A stretch of DNA of 58,830 bases from NCBI GenBank assembly GCA_018896645.1, contig JAHIMF010000062.1, positions 1-58,830 on the forward strand. The letters run 5' to 3'. The notes below the pieces were generated by a model that was not told the DNA's origin, made no database searches, and worked only from the letters and a program-made list of their open reading frames with translations. This document shows, piece by piece, positions 28,064-36,993 of the stretch. This stretch comes from Patescibacteria group bacterium (GTDB lineage Bacteria; Patescibacteriota; Patescibacteriia; UBA2591; JABMQE01). Each line of letters begins with the position of its first letter. Position 1 is the stretch's first letter. The position numbers and the translations under genes were made by a program.

Positions 28064-29791
28064 TTAATAGTCAGGCGGTATTTGATAATAGTCTAACACA
28101 AACTTCGCAATTTTGCCAAATATCGGGGCGGCTGAATCCGCTGCGTACAGGACATTGGTGGGGTAGTCCAATTTAACCAAAGCAATAAAGGCCGGATTAT
28201 CTACTGGCACGAAACCAACAAACGAATGGATTGTTAGATTAGAATACCCACCACCTTTGGCCACCTGGGCCGTCCCGGTTTTTCCCGCCACATAATAACC
28301 CGGCACCCCTGCCTTTTTAGCATGGCCGCTTCTAACAACAGACACCAGCATCGCGCTTAACATCTTGGCAGTGGCTGGAGTAATCACTCCCGGCACCAAC
28401 CGGGGCTCGGTTTTAATTACCTCGCCGTCCGGCTTTAAAATACTAGCTACAATATGCGGCTTGACTAAATTGCCATTCATAACAATTGGAGTAAACGATG
28501 TTATCATCTGGATAGCCGTTACAGTAATCCCCTGGCCGTAAGAAGCTGTGGCTAAATAAATCTCGCCCCCCTTATTAAGCGAGGAAATGTTGCCTAAGCC
28601 CTCGCTTCCAAGTTCAATCCCGGTAGAAGAAGCAAAGCCAAATTTCTCTACATAATCTTTAAAATTCTGTTGCCCAACCTGCTGGGCCACAAAAACCGCC
28701 CCCAAATTTAAGGACTCTTCCAAAACTGTTGTCATGTTCACCACGCCGTGGGCCTTGAGATCGGAATTTCTTATCTTGTGATCGTCTATCTCCAGCATGC
28801 CAACATCTTCATAAGTTGTCTTGGGAGTTACTTTCCCGGAGTCCAATCCAGCCGCCATAGTAATCACTTTAAAAATGGAGCCCGGCTCATAAGCATGCGA
28901 TATTACTTGGTTGATGTATACATTTATGTTTTCTACTTGTGAATAGTTGTTGGGATCAAAATTTGGCTCCGCGCAAAGGGCCAAAATGGCTCCAGTGCGC
29001 GGATTCATAATAATCACACTGCCGGCCGAAGCCCCGTATTTTTCTATTCCTATCTTAAGCTCGCTGCAAGCCGCAAATTGAATTACCCGATCTAAAGTCA
29101 AAACCAAACCTGCCCCATCCTCGGCTTTTTGAAGCGTTCTCCTGGAAGTAGCAATCCAATTACCCAGTACGCCTTTTTTTAAAGTAATTCCCCCTTTTCT
29201 GCCAGCAAGCGTCTCCTCAAAAAAACCTTCAACTCCATACTGGCCCACCCGCTCATCGTCGGAAAAACCAACAAATCCTAAAACATGGCTAAAAAGATTT
29301 TCTTCCGGATAAAAACGCTTTATCTCGGGTTTAAAACCTATACCCTCCAAATCCAGGGCTTTAATTTCCTCTACTTTTTCATCAGTAACATAATGAGCCA
29401 AGGGTTCATAAGGATCATCTTTCTTGGATAATCTCATTTCTATTTCTTCTCTTGGCGCCTCCAAAACAGAAGTTAAAAGTTCGGCTGTTTTTTGATAGTC
29501 TTTAATAAGATTGGGTATGGCGTAAATTTCGTTTAAATCAATGTTGATAGCAACGGGATAAAAATCAGCCTCTTTTTGATTTTTTGAATCTTTAATAAAA
29601 ACCTCGCCTCGCCTGGGGTATAATTCTTTGTATATTGTATGGTTCCCGGCGGCTAGAGCTTCGTAAAAACTGCCTTGGATAATTTGTAAATTAAAAAGCC
29701 GTAAAACTATAGAAGACGACAAAATAAAAATAACTATGGCTAAAACTGAAATCCTATCAAAAACTTGCTTTCTGGAATAAGTAGATACCAT
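28064..29791 (-). CDS. ftsI: Class B penicillin-binding protein (FtsI-like)
   Basis: EPGSIFK (SxxK), SLN (SxN), GKTGTAQ; position in the dcw cluster. Confidence 0.9.
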   Translation of the reverse strand: MVSTYSRKQVFDRISVLAIVIFILSSSIVLRLFNLQIIQGSFYEALAAGNHTIYKELYPRRGEVFIKDSKNQKEADFYPVAINIDLNEIYAIPNLIKDYQKTAELLTSVLEAPREEIEMRLSKKDDPYEPLAHYVTDEKVEEIKALDLEGIGFKPEIKRFYPEENLFSHVLGFVGFSDDERVGQYGVEGFFEETLAGRKGGITLKKGVLGNWIATSRRTLQKAEDGAGLVLTLDRVIQFAACSELKIGIEKYGASAGSVIIMNPRTGAILALCAEPNFDPNNYSQVENINVYINQVISHAYEPGSIFKVITMAAGLDSGKVTPKTTYEDVGMLEIDDHKIRNSDLKAHGVVNMTTVLEESLNLGAVFVAQQVGQQNFKDYVEKFGFASSTGIELGSEGLGNISSLNKGGEIYLATASYGQGITVTAIQMITSFTPIVMNGNLVKPHIVASILKPDGEVIKTEPRLVPGVITPATAKMLSAMLVSVVRSGHAKKAGVPGYYVAGKTGTAQVAKGGGYSNLTIHSFVGFVPVDNPAFIALVKLDYPTNVLYAADSAAPIFGKIAKFVLDYYQIPPDY

Positions 29792-29800
29792 AGTTAAAAA

Positions 29801-29882
29801 TCCATTGTTACATTGTTAAATTGTTACATTGCTAATACAAATGATTAACAATTTAACAATGTAACGTAACAATTTAACAATG
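29801..29882. repeat. Inverted 8-mer-arm element (ATTGTTAC/TAACAAT)
   Basis: CATTGTTACATTGTTAAATTGTTA / TAACAATTTAACAATGTAAC; sister element at 57977-58052. Confidence 0.85.
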
Positions 29883-29887
29883 AAAAC

Positions 29888-30241
29888 TTATTTTATCGCA
29901 ACAGATATATCATCAGTAGAAATATATTCAACTATCCCAACCTCCACCATCCCCAATCCTTGCGTCACCTCTCTAATATGGCTAAGGGATTTAAGTTCGG
30001 CAACACTTGATTCTAATTTTTTGTTCATGCGCTCTAATTCCTGCGCCCTGGTCTCTAAGTTTTCCAACTTAAAACCAAGAGTAGCCATTCCGTTCACTTG
30101 AATAAGATAAAAAATGGCAACGGCAAAAAACAAAAGACAAACCAAAACGCTCCAGCAAACTGGCATATGGGCCGACATCCTTGATGGCGGTCGGCTGCAA
30201 TAATGTTTTGATTTTCTTGTAAACTTTAAAAATTTTGACAT
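29888..30241 (-). CDS. FtsL-like cell division protein
   Basis: One TM plus coiled coil; lies between rsmH and ftsI. Confidence 0.65.
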   Translation of the reverse strand: MSKFLKFTRKSKHYCSRPPSRMSAHMPVCWSVLVCLLFFAVAIFYLIQVNGMATLGFKLENLETRAQELERMNKKLESSVAELKSLSHIREVTQGLGMVEVGIVEYISTDDISVAIK

Positions 30242-30448
30242 GAATTTTATTTTATTTGATTTATTGATTTATTAAAACCACAAAGGCACCTGCTTCGCCA
30301 GCCTCGTGTCTATGCGGACATTGAGCTCATCAAGGCGGACAAAACACCACAAATTATTAACTATATTAACTATTTATTAACCCTATTAATAACTGCATCA
30401 ACTTTCTCTATCACAAATCATTAATAACTTTCTAACCATTTTACAATC

Positions 30449-31492
30449 CTATATCTTTTCCCCAACTCTCATTTTCGCGCTCCGACTTCTAGGATTCGCT
30501 TTAACTTCCGCATCCGTCGAGACAACTGGTTTTTTAGTAATAATTTTTACTTGAGCTTTGTGTCCGCATCGGCACTCTGGAAAAGACGGCGGACACAAAC
30601 AATCTCGCGACTCTTGTCTAAAAAAATTCTTGACAATTCTGTCCTCTAGGCTATGATAAGAAATAAGTACCAACCGGCCCCCGGGCTCCAGGACTTCTAA
30701 AGCTTGCGGCAGTGTTTGTTTTAAATTTTCTAATTCATTGTTAACCGCAATCCTTAGGGCCTGGAAAACCCGAGTGGCTGGATGTTTACCCTGTACCGAA
30801 ATGGTATAGGGGTTGCCCCGAATCGAATTTATTCTGGTTCGGGATATGCCCTGTCCCTTTAAAGAACAGGGCTTTTTGGTTTTTTTATCCTGTCTTTGAC
30901 CCACGACAGATTTAATTGTTTTAACTAATTGTAAAGTTGTTGTAATGGGTTGAATTTTTCTCTGTCTAACTATTTCTCCGGCAATTCTTCTCGCCCTCGG
31001 CTCTTCACCATATTCTTTAAATATTTTTATTAGTTCTTCTTCTGACCGGTTATTAATAATTCCTGCAGCCGTCGGCCCCTTAATACTTAGCCCGTCATAG
31101 TTCATGCTTAGCTCCCCATCAGCTTGGAAAGAAAATCCCCGAGTTCTATCCTGCAACTGAGCTGATGATAAGCCAAGGTCAAATAAAATACCGTTAATTG
31201 GATGAGAAAATTGTGCATGGATGATTTTTATTAAATTTCTGTAAGTGTTATTGACAAAAATGACATTGTTTAATCCTTGAGCTTTGGCATTCGCCTCAAC
31301 TGCCGCAATCGCTCCCGGGTCCAAGTCTAGACCTAGAATCCTCCCATCCGGGCCAACTCTTTTGGCTATCTCAATTGCATGTCCCCCACCACCCGCAGTA
31401 CAATCCACAAAATTTTGGCCCGGTCTTGGATTAAGATACTCTATCACCGGCTCTAATAAAACTGGAATGTGGCAATACTTTATATTTGGCAT
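30449..31492 (-). CDS. rsmH: 16S rRNA m4C1402 methyltransferase with in-frame palindromic insertion
   Basis: HIPVLL, DCTAGGGGH, DLGLSS.QL, HPATRVFQALRIAVN.EL, SYHSLEDR, NPRSRSAK. Confidence 0.97.
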   Translation of the reverse strand: MPNIKYCHIPVLLEPVIEYLNPRPGQNFVDCTAGGGGHAIEIAKRVGPDGRILGLDLDPGAIAAVEANAKAQGLNNVIFVNNTYRNLIKIIHAQFSHPINGILFDLGLSSAQLQDRTRGFSFQADGELSMNYDGLSIKGPTAAGIINNRSEEELIKIFKEYGEEPRARRIAGEIVRQRKIQPITTTLQLVKTIKSVVGQRQDKKTKKPCSLKGQGISRTRINSIRGNPYTISVQGKHPATRVFQALRIAVNNELENLKQTLPQALEVLEPGGRLVLISYHSLEDRIVKNFFRQESRDCLCPPSFPECRCGHKAQVKIITKKPVVSTDAEVKANPRSRSAKMRVGEKI

Positions 31493-31591
31493 TTATCGTT
31501 TTACATTTATCATTTAAGTAATGCTCCTATGGCAGGTGAAAAATTTGCCGGCCCCCCCGCATCTGCAGGGGAGTCAAAATTCTGCCTGCTC

Positions 31592-31620
31592 TTGACAAAA
31601 ATTTTTAGGTGCGGCATAAT
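31592..31620 (+). promoter_or_regulatory. Sigma70 promoter
   Basis: TTGACA-17-CATAAT. Confidence 0.65.
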
Positions 31621-31704
31621 CTTATTAGGTTGTCTTTTGTTCTTTTCGCCACGGGCGGCGCATCGCGCTTCGCTCACCCATCAAACCCCAACAAGGAGGA
31701 CGGC

Positions 31705-32013
31705 ATGATGAGAACAATGTTGCTCTTTTTTCTAATAATCGGCATTCTGTTGCTCGCTGGTTGCGCGGCAGGGCCGAATATTGCCAAAAATACTGGCAAT
31801 GAAGATGGAAATGTAGCCGGATTTTGGCAAGGACTCTGGCATGGGATTATAGCTAGTATAACATTTTGGGTTTCGTTGTTCACCGACGATGTTAGCATCT
31901 ATGAAGCGCACAATAATGGAGGGTGGTATAATTTCGGTTTTTTATGGGGCATGGGCATACTGATCACTCCTAATATCCGCGTTTCAAATTTTTTCATCCG
32001 TCATTTCCATTAA
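31705..32013 (+). CDS. Small lipoprotein
   Basis: AAGGAGG SD, lipobox LAGC, AGFWQGLWHG, IYE.HNNG.WY.FGF; terminator at 32022-32055. Confidence 0.75.
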   Translation: MMRTMLLFFLIIGILLLAGCAAGPNIAKNTGNEDGNVAGFWQGLWHGIIASITFWVSLFTDDVSIYEAHNNGGWYNFGFLWGMGILITPNIRVSNFFIRHFH

Positions 32014-32104
32014 TACCGTTGTCCCCGCGCGGCAAAGTCGTGTGGGGGCTTTTTTATTTTCAAATTATTCAAAGTACAAAATTGTTTTTTTTGTTTTTTG
32101 AAAT

Positions 32105-33868
32105 TCACCACACCAACATCACCACTTTCTTAGCCTTAGGCAAAACAATACTTTCTTTTCTGTCTCTCTTAAAAAATCTGCTCACTCCTTCTTTGGCCAA
32201 CTTCACTGGTTCTTTAGGACCTTCTGACGACCCTGGCGTATTCCCGCCACTCTCACGCCGATGCTGGCGCCATTGCAGAATCATAACGATTATACAAGCA
32301 ACAAAAATTGTTAACACAGCAAATGATATTGGCAAAGCGTATGAATAACTAAATGCTGACCAAGATGGCGAATAGATGGCCATAATTTCGTACCAGCCAA
32401 CTCTCATTGCCCAAAAAAATAACACCCCAAATATTCCCAAAGTCACCACTAAACTCAAAAGTTGAAATACCCAAGCAATAGCCTGCGCTTTTCTATTTTT
32501 TGACAAAAATTGCAGTAAACTAAATCCAATAAATATCAAGCCAAAAGGTGAAAACAACCAGCCAATCACGGATACCATATAGATAATCAGCCATTGCAGC
32601 CATTGCCAACTTCTTACCGGCGAACCAGCGCCCACCTTGTCATTATCATCTGCATCCCGAATTACTAAATCATTGGTCATCTCGCTGGTCATCATGTGGC
32701 GATATAAATAAGTTAGCCAGTATTTTTTTTGCGCCGGCTGAATCAAGGGTTCACCCTTAATATCATAAGCTAAATCTTGTATTTGATTCTTCTTGATTTT
32801 ATCAGCATACGAGGTTGTGAATCCGGGTATGTCCTTTTTATGGTCAGCAAGAACATAAAGATGAATGGGTATATTGGGTGCATATTGATGACTGTTCTGC
32901 TCGTAATATAATCCTTGGCGATTGAAATAGGCATTGAACCAAAATTTTTCTAACTGGGGACGATAATAATTTTCATCTAAACCAGCGGCATATTTCCATG
33001 ATTCTGCAGTTGGATAATTTTTTTCTTTGGCAATTATTAAAGGATAGTCACTGGCTTTTGAATCTTCATAAGGCACCTGATTGACAAGATCTTCAATAAT
33101 TTGATTTATCACTTCTTCACCAGTAGTTTTTCTGATTAAATCGCCATACCCAATTTTTTTCAAATGAGCAATTCGAGGGCCATCTAAATAAAGATTATCA
33201 GAAATCTGAACTACTTTCGGTTGCGTAGTAATTGAAGAAATCCGTAACGGATAAATAATTGCACTTGAGGCAAATTCAATTTTCAAAGGTGTGGCATGGC
33301 CCTGTTTCAAACCCTCCCCAACCTCATCGGCCTCAACTGCGCTCGTATTAATCTTAACCGCAATAAAGTACCAATTATTCTCAATATAATCATTTAATAT
33401 ATAACCGGATTCCTCTGGGTATTCATAATCATTCTGATTCAACCATTTAGCCAAAGCGCCCGAATCTGTTGCTTGCAAAACCGTGATATCATAATAATCA
33501 ACCTTTTTGGTCTCAACCACAATCACTGCCTGTTCATCATTTGCCTTGCCAGCCAGCTCCATCATGGGCATTGGTCCTCGCCAAAGAACTGGTCTGGTAA
33601 TCTCTGCGAGTGAAGTAAAAATTTCATCAGAACCCTTGGTTACTTCTGGTTTTGAAGGAATCGGAATAACCCAAGCAAAATCCTTGGCGTCCCCGGAAAA
33701 ACTTACTGAAAGCACCATGGTTTCCATTCCATTCTCATGAAAAATCACGGCTTTCTGCCCGGTCTCGTTCATATAATAATCCGGCCGCGGCAGAATCATA
33801 CCGTCAGCGTTGCTCATCATCGGGATTGCGAGAGATAATAATATAAGGAGTAAAACGAATTTTTTCAT
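32105..33868 (-). CDS. DUF2330-domain exported/membrane protein
   Basis: Signal peptide ADG, QKAVI, FAWVIPIP, WL..NDY, YI...WYFIAVK; C-terminal TMs. Confidence 0.75.
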   Translation of the reverse strand: MKKFVLLLILLSLAIPMMSNADGMILPRPDYYMNETGQKAVIFHENGMETMVLSVSFSGDAKDFAWVIPIPSKPEVTKGSDEIFTSLAEITRPVLWRGPMPMMELAGKANDEQAVIVVETKKVDYYDITVLQATDSGALAKWLNQNDYEYPEESGYILNDYIENNWYFIAVKINTSAVEADEVGEGLKQGHATPLKIEFASSAIIYPLRISSITTQPKVVQISDNLYLDGPRIAHLKKIGYGDLIRKTTGEEVINQIIEDLVNQVPYEDSKASDYPLIIAKEKNYPTAESWKYAAGLDENYYRPQLEKFWFNAYFNRQGLYYEQNSHQYAPNIPIHLYVLADHKKDIPGFTTSYADKIKKNQIQDLAYDIKGEPLIQPAQKKYWLTYLYRHMMTSEMTNDLVIRDADDNDKVGAGSPVRSWQWLQWLIIYMVSVIGWLFSPFGLIFIGFSLLQFLSKNRKAQAIAWVFQLLSLVVTLGIFGVLFFWAMRVGWYEIMAIYSPSWSAFSYSYALPISFAVLTIFVACIIVMILQWRQHRRESGGNTPGSSEGPKEPVKLAKEGVSRFFKRDRKESIVLPKAKKVVMLVW

Positions 33869-33892
33869 AATTTTATGGTTTGGTAATTTATA

Positions 33893-34020
33893 GTAATACG
33901 ATGGTAACACAGTTGTAATACAGTTGTAACACAGTTGTAATACGATTGTAACTCTGGGTATTACAATTGTATTACTATCGTATTACGCGAGGCGAGCCGC
34001 AGCGAGCCGAGCTTATTACT
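33893..34020. repeat. Inverted 11-mer-arm element (GTAATACAGTT) plus a 39-bp GCGAG module
   Basis: Five GTAAYACRRTT-like units, inverted TATTAC units; module repeated at 37024-37062. Confidence 0.75.
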
Positions 34021-34023
34021 TTT

Positions 34024-34455
34024 TTAAACGCCAATCTCCCCCAGCGCTTCCGCAATATCGCCGCTATTCTTTTCAGTATTAGATTTATAAACATTCCACT
34101 TTTCTTCATCCCAAATTTCTAAACGATTATATAAACCGGTAATCACTGTTTTCTTTTTTATGCCGGCATATTTGCGAAGATAATCCGGCACTATTACTCG
34201 GCCCTGTTTATCTAGGTCGCCATCCATGGCGCCGGCCAACATCAGCCGCGCAAAGGCTCGGGTGTTGGCTTGGGAGATCGGTAGCTTGGAAAGCCGTTCA
34301 GCCAGCTTGCCCCACTCTTCTTTTGGATATAAAAATAAACAATCGTCCAGCCCACGAGTGATTACCACGCCTTGGGCTAAATCTTTACGGAACTTGACTG
34401 GCACTGCTAACCGTCCTTTTTCATCTATATTATGATTGTATTCGCCTATAAACAT
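34024..34455 (-). CDS. mraZ: Transcriptional regulator MraZ
   Basis: MFIGEYNHNIDEKGRLAVP, DKQGRVIVP, LEIWD. Confidence 0.97.
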   Translation of the reverse strand: MFIGEYNHNIDEKGRLAVPVKFRKDLAQGVVITRGLDDCLFLYPKEEWGKLAERLSKLPISQANTRAFARLMLAGAMDGDLDKQGRVIVPDYLRKYAGIKKKTVITGLYNRLEIWDEEKWNVYKSNTEKNSGDIAEALGEIGV

Positions 34456-34457
34456 AT

Positions 34458-34557
34458 TAAACACGGATGAGCACGGATTATTTATGTACGGATGGCCACG
34501 GATCACGGATCTGTGATCCGTATAAATCCGTTATTAATCCTTAAAAATCCGTGTTAA
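34458..34557. repeat. Inverted CACGGAT/ATCCGT arm element abutting the mraZ start
   Basis: Five ACGGAT units followed by four ATCC(G)T units. Confidence 0.8.
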
Positions 34558-34629
34558 ACCTTTAAATTACAAAATTTGCTTTAATAATCTTTGTTGATGT
34601 GGAAAACAGTTATACACTTTTGCCATAAG

Positions 34630-34690
34630 TTATCCCCACTTTCATCCACATTCTCCCACATCAATTTTATTATACCCCACCTTGCCACAC
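34630..34690 (-). promoter_or_regulatory. MraZ boxes and mraZ promoter
   Basis: GTGG(G) repeats at about 10-bp spacing around TATAAT on the minus strand. Confidence 0.7.
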
Positions 34691-34887
34691 TCGTCAACAC
34701 TTTATATTTTATACTAATATTAGCCAAACTTATCCGATATTGTGAGTAAAGTGTGGATAAATAATACTTCTTACATTATTTACCCTGTTAAATGAAAGCC
34801 ATTGACAAAGTCAGTGGTTAACAAAATCAGTCGCAGTTGGTGGTCTAACGCCACCAACAAACGACATTGATTTAACAAGGGCTACTA

Positions 34888-34916
34888 TTGACAATATTTT
34901 ATAGAAAAGATAGTAT
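34888..34916 (+). promoter_or_regulatory. Sigma70 promoter of the ORF-tRNA-ncRNA unit
   Basis: TTGACA-17-TAGTAT. Confidence 0.7.
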
Positions 34917-35087
34917 AAAAACAGCACCTTTAATTCCTGTTGCTGGATGCAGCCTCGACAAGACGGGGTGGTTGCAAGCAATAAATCGTTCCATTCACCT
35001 CTCAAACGCCTGGATGCGTAGTCGCCGCTAGTCTGCCGATGAGGGTCAGGAAAATGCGGGACCGGACGCAAGGCAAAGGAGGAATTC

Positions 35088-35855
35088 ATGTCTAAGTATC
35101 GGTTTTCTGATTTACCCTTTGATGGTGGCATTGGCCAGGAAATAGTAGTGGTCCAGCCAGGCCCAACCGCGAGTCTTGACAAGGAGAACTTCCTTGCCAG
35201 GGGTGAGTTTGAATCAGTTTTCGCTGCAGTTATGGGCGACAATGCGCTGGTTCACACTGGCACTCTGCACTGTGTTGATGGAGGTGAGCCCTTGAGATTC
35301 AACGAATGTGGTGGCTTTCTCTATCGTGATGTCCACCCCCTGTGCTCTATCCATCCTTTGCAAAATAGGGTGTATGTTGATTTGGAGAAGGATGGTTGGC
35401 CCGCGTTTCATTGTGCTGGTTGCGATACGACTGCAACTCCGAAAATGACAAAAAGAGAGTTCAAGGACTTGATGCTCCATCTAATGATTAAACAAATGGT
35501 CCCCAGCTGGTTTGCGTGTAATTACACCGACTGTAGTCAAATGTCCGAGGATTACCATCCACGAGGCAAAGAAGCAATAAGGGAATTACAAGCTCTTGGG
35601 GTTATTTCAATAGCCCCTAAAATCCTGTGGGGCTTATCACCGGAAAACGCAAGCCGTGAGCAATCTGGTCACTGCGGAATCATGGGTCATCACAGCTTAG
35701 GATTTATGGTGATGCCGGGTACTCGATCCCTGACCCACGGTTGTGATGGCTTTGACGAATGGTTGAAGCTTTTGTTCATTAAATATCGCGAACATATTAG
35801 CGATTGGAACAAAGCAGCAACCAAATCCGCTCTTGGCCCCAGACCAGCAAAATAA
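35088..35855 (+). CDS. Cys/His-rich hypothetical protein
   Basis: AAGGAGG SD; CSIH, HCAGC, CNYTDC, HCGIMGHH, HGCD; no family recognised. Confidence 0.7.
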   Translation: MSKYRFSDLPFDGGIGQEIVVVQPGPTASLDKENFLARGEFESVFAAVMGDNALVHTGTLHCVDGGEPLRFNECGGFLYRDVHPLCSIHPLQNRVYVDLEKDGWPAFHCAGCDTTATPKMTKREFKDLMLHLMIKQMVPSWFACNYTDCSQMSEDYHPRGKEAIRELQALGVISIAPKILWGLSPENASREQSGHCGIMGHHSLGFMVMPGTRSLTHGCDGFDEWLKLLFIKYREHISDWNKAATKSALGPRPAK

Positions 35856-35856
35856 T

Positions 35857-35894
35857 GGTCAGAAGTTCAGATTCAACTCCTTGGGTGGGAGCCA
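35857..35894 (+). pseudogene. Possible tRNA 3'-half remnant
   Basis: GGTC..AGTTC..TTCAACTCC..GGGAGCCA immediately before two tRNAs. Confidence 0.35.
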
Positions 35895-35916
35895 AAAAGT
35901 GTTGCAAAATGAAACT

Positions 35917-35995
35917 GCGCCCGTAGCTCTAAATTGGATAGAGCGATGGACTCCAAATCCAGTGGTTGAGGGTTCAAGTCCCTCCGGGCGTGCCA
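35917..35995 (+). tRNA. tRNA-Trp (CCA), Arg-like body
   Basis: GCGCCCG/CGGGCGT acceptor, CT-CCA-AA loop, GGTTCAAGTCC T-arm, encoded CCA. Confidence 0.9.
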
Positions 35996-36003
35996 GAAAA
36001 ACA

Positions 36004-36082
36004 GCCGCTGTAGCTCTAACTGGCTCAGAGCAACGCCCTTGTAAGGCGAAGGCTATCGGTTCGAGTCCGGTCAGCGGCTCCA
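36004..36082 (+). tRNA. tRNA-Thr (TGT)
   Basis: GCCGCTG/CAGCGGC acceptor, CT-TGT-AA loop, GGTTCGAGTCC T-arm, encoded CCA. Confidence 0.93.
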
Positions 36083-36101
36083 AAATTTGTTCATTCAATT
36101 T

Positions 36102-36466
36102 TGCCATGATAAGACGGTAGCCTACTCTTGCGTGAAGTAAAAAAGGAGTTATCCTGGAATATATCTCTACAGAAAAGAGATGAAACCCGAAGGAAAATGG
36201 CTATTAGTCTCGGGTGTTTTTTCATGGCTAACCTAGCAAGGCGGTGGTCTTTCCACTGTAACAAGTGCGCGAAGGGTTAAACATGGCTAATGTGGTCTGG
36301 CTGCGGCCGCGGTCAGATTATGTAGACAGCCGATGTTTCAATTCGTGCCAAGCAGTGCAGTGGCTTACCAGGACCCCTTATCCTCTGGTGCGCCGATTAC
36401 CTTTCAGGGGAGGATGAGCGGGCGATGCCAAGACCGAATATCCTGGCGCCTTGCGGGCCTTTCATT
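36102..36466 (+). ncRNA. Candidate large structured non-coding RNA
   Basis: Four consecutive multi-stem domains with many G-U pairs; no credible ORF. Confidence 0.5.
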
Positions 36467-36512
36467 AAGGCATGACTTTAATCAAAACAAGAAGTCATGC
36501 CTTTTTCTTTTC
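36467..36512 (+). terminator. Intrinsic terminator
   Basis: AAGGCATGACTT..AAGTCATGCCTT followed by a T-run. Confidence 0.85.
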
Positions 36513-36573
36513 TCTAAACAAAAAAACAGCTGTGTAAAACACAAACTGCTTCCCTATTTACTCTTTTACTTGT

Positions 36574-36993
36574 TTACTTGGTTAACCACTTACTTCCAGT
36601 TATATTCGGTTCCCTCCCATAAAACGGTTCAACCGTCTCCCCTACCCTTGTCTTCTTTAATCTCAACTTACCCATTTTAATCAGGCCCTGCAAATCCTCA
36701 AACTCGCTCAACTTTACCCCAACAACTGGAATTTGTAAAGCATAACTTAAAGTATTAGCCACTACCACGCCCACCCGCACAGATGAAAAACCACCAGGAC
36801 CTTTCACAACCACTACCCCCTGCAAATCAGTGAGTTTAACTTTATTCTTCTTTAATAATTTATCAACAGTTGACAATAACTTTTCTGATTCCTTGTATTG
36901 AACCCTAACAACAGTCTTATCTAAAATAAAATCATCGCGGGTAATCGCGATAACTAACTTATTTGATTCAGCTGTGTTAATTACTAAAATCAT
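36574..36993 (-). CDS. tsaB: tRNA t6A biosynthesis protein TsaB (short)
   Basis: SEKLL..VD.LL, VVKGPGGFSSVRVGV.VANTL, EPFY. Confidence 0.9.
   Translation of the reverse strand: MILVINTAESNKLVIAITRDDFILDKTVVRVQYKESEKLLSTVDKLLKKNKVKLTDLQGVVVVKGPGGFSSVRVGVVVANTLSYALQIPVVGVKLSEFEDLQGLIKMGKLRLKKTRVGETVEPFYGREPNITGSKWLTK

Noticed and set aside
35833..36120. ORFs overlapping the tRNAs
   Set aside because: Shadow frames of tRNA genes
36102..36466. tmRNA, RNase P, SRP or group I/II intron
   Set aside because: No tRNA-Ala-like ends, GAGGAAAGTCC/P4 core, SRP loop or domain V motif recognisable by eye
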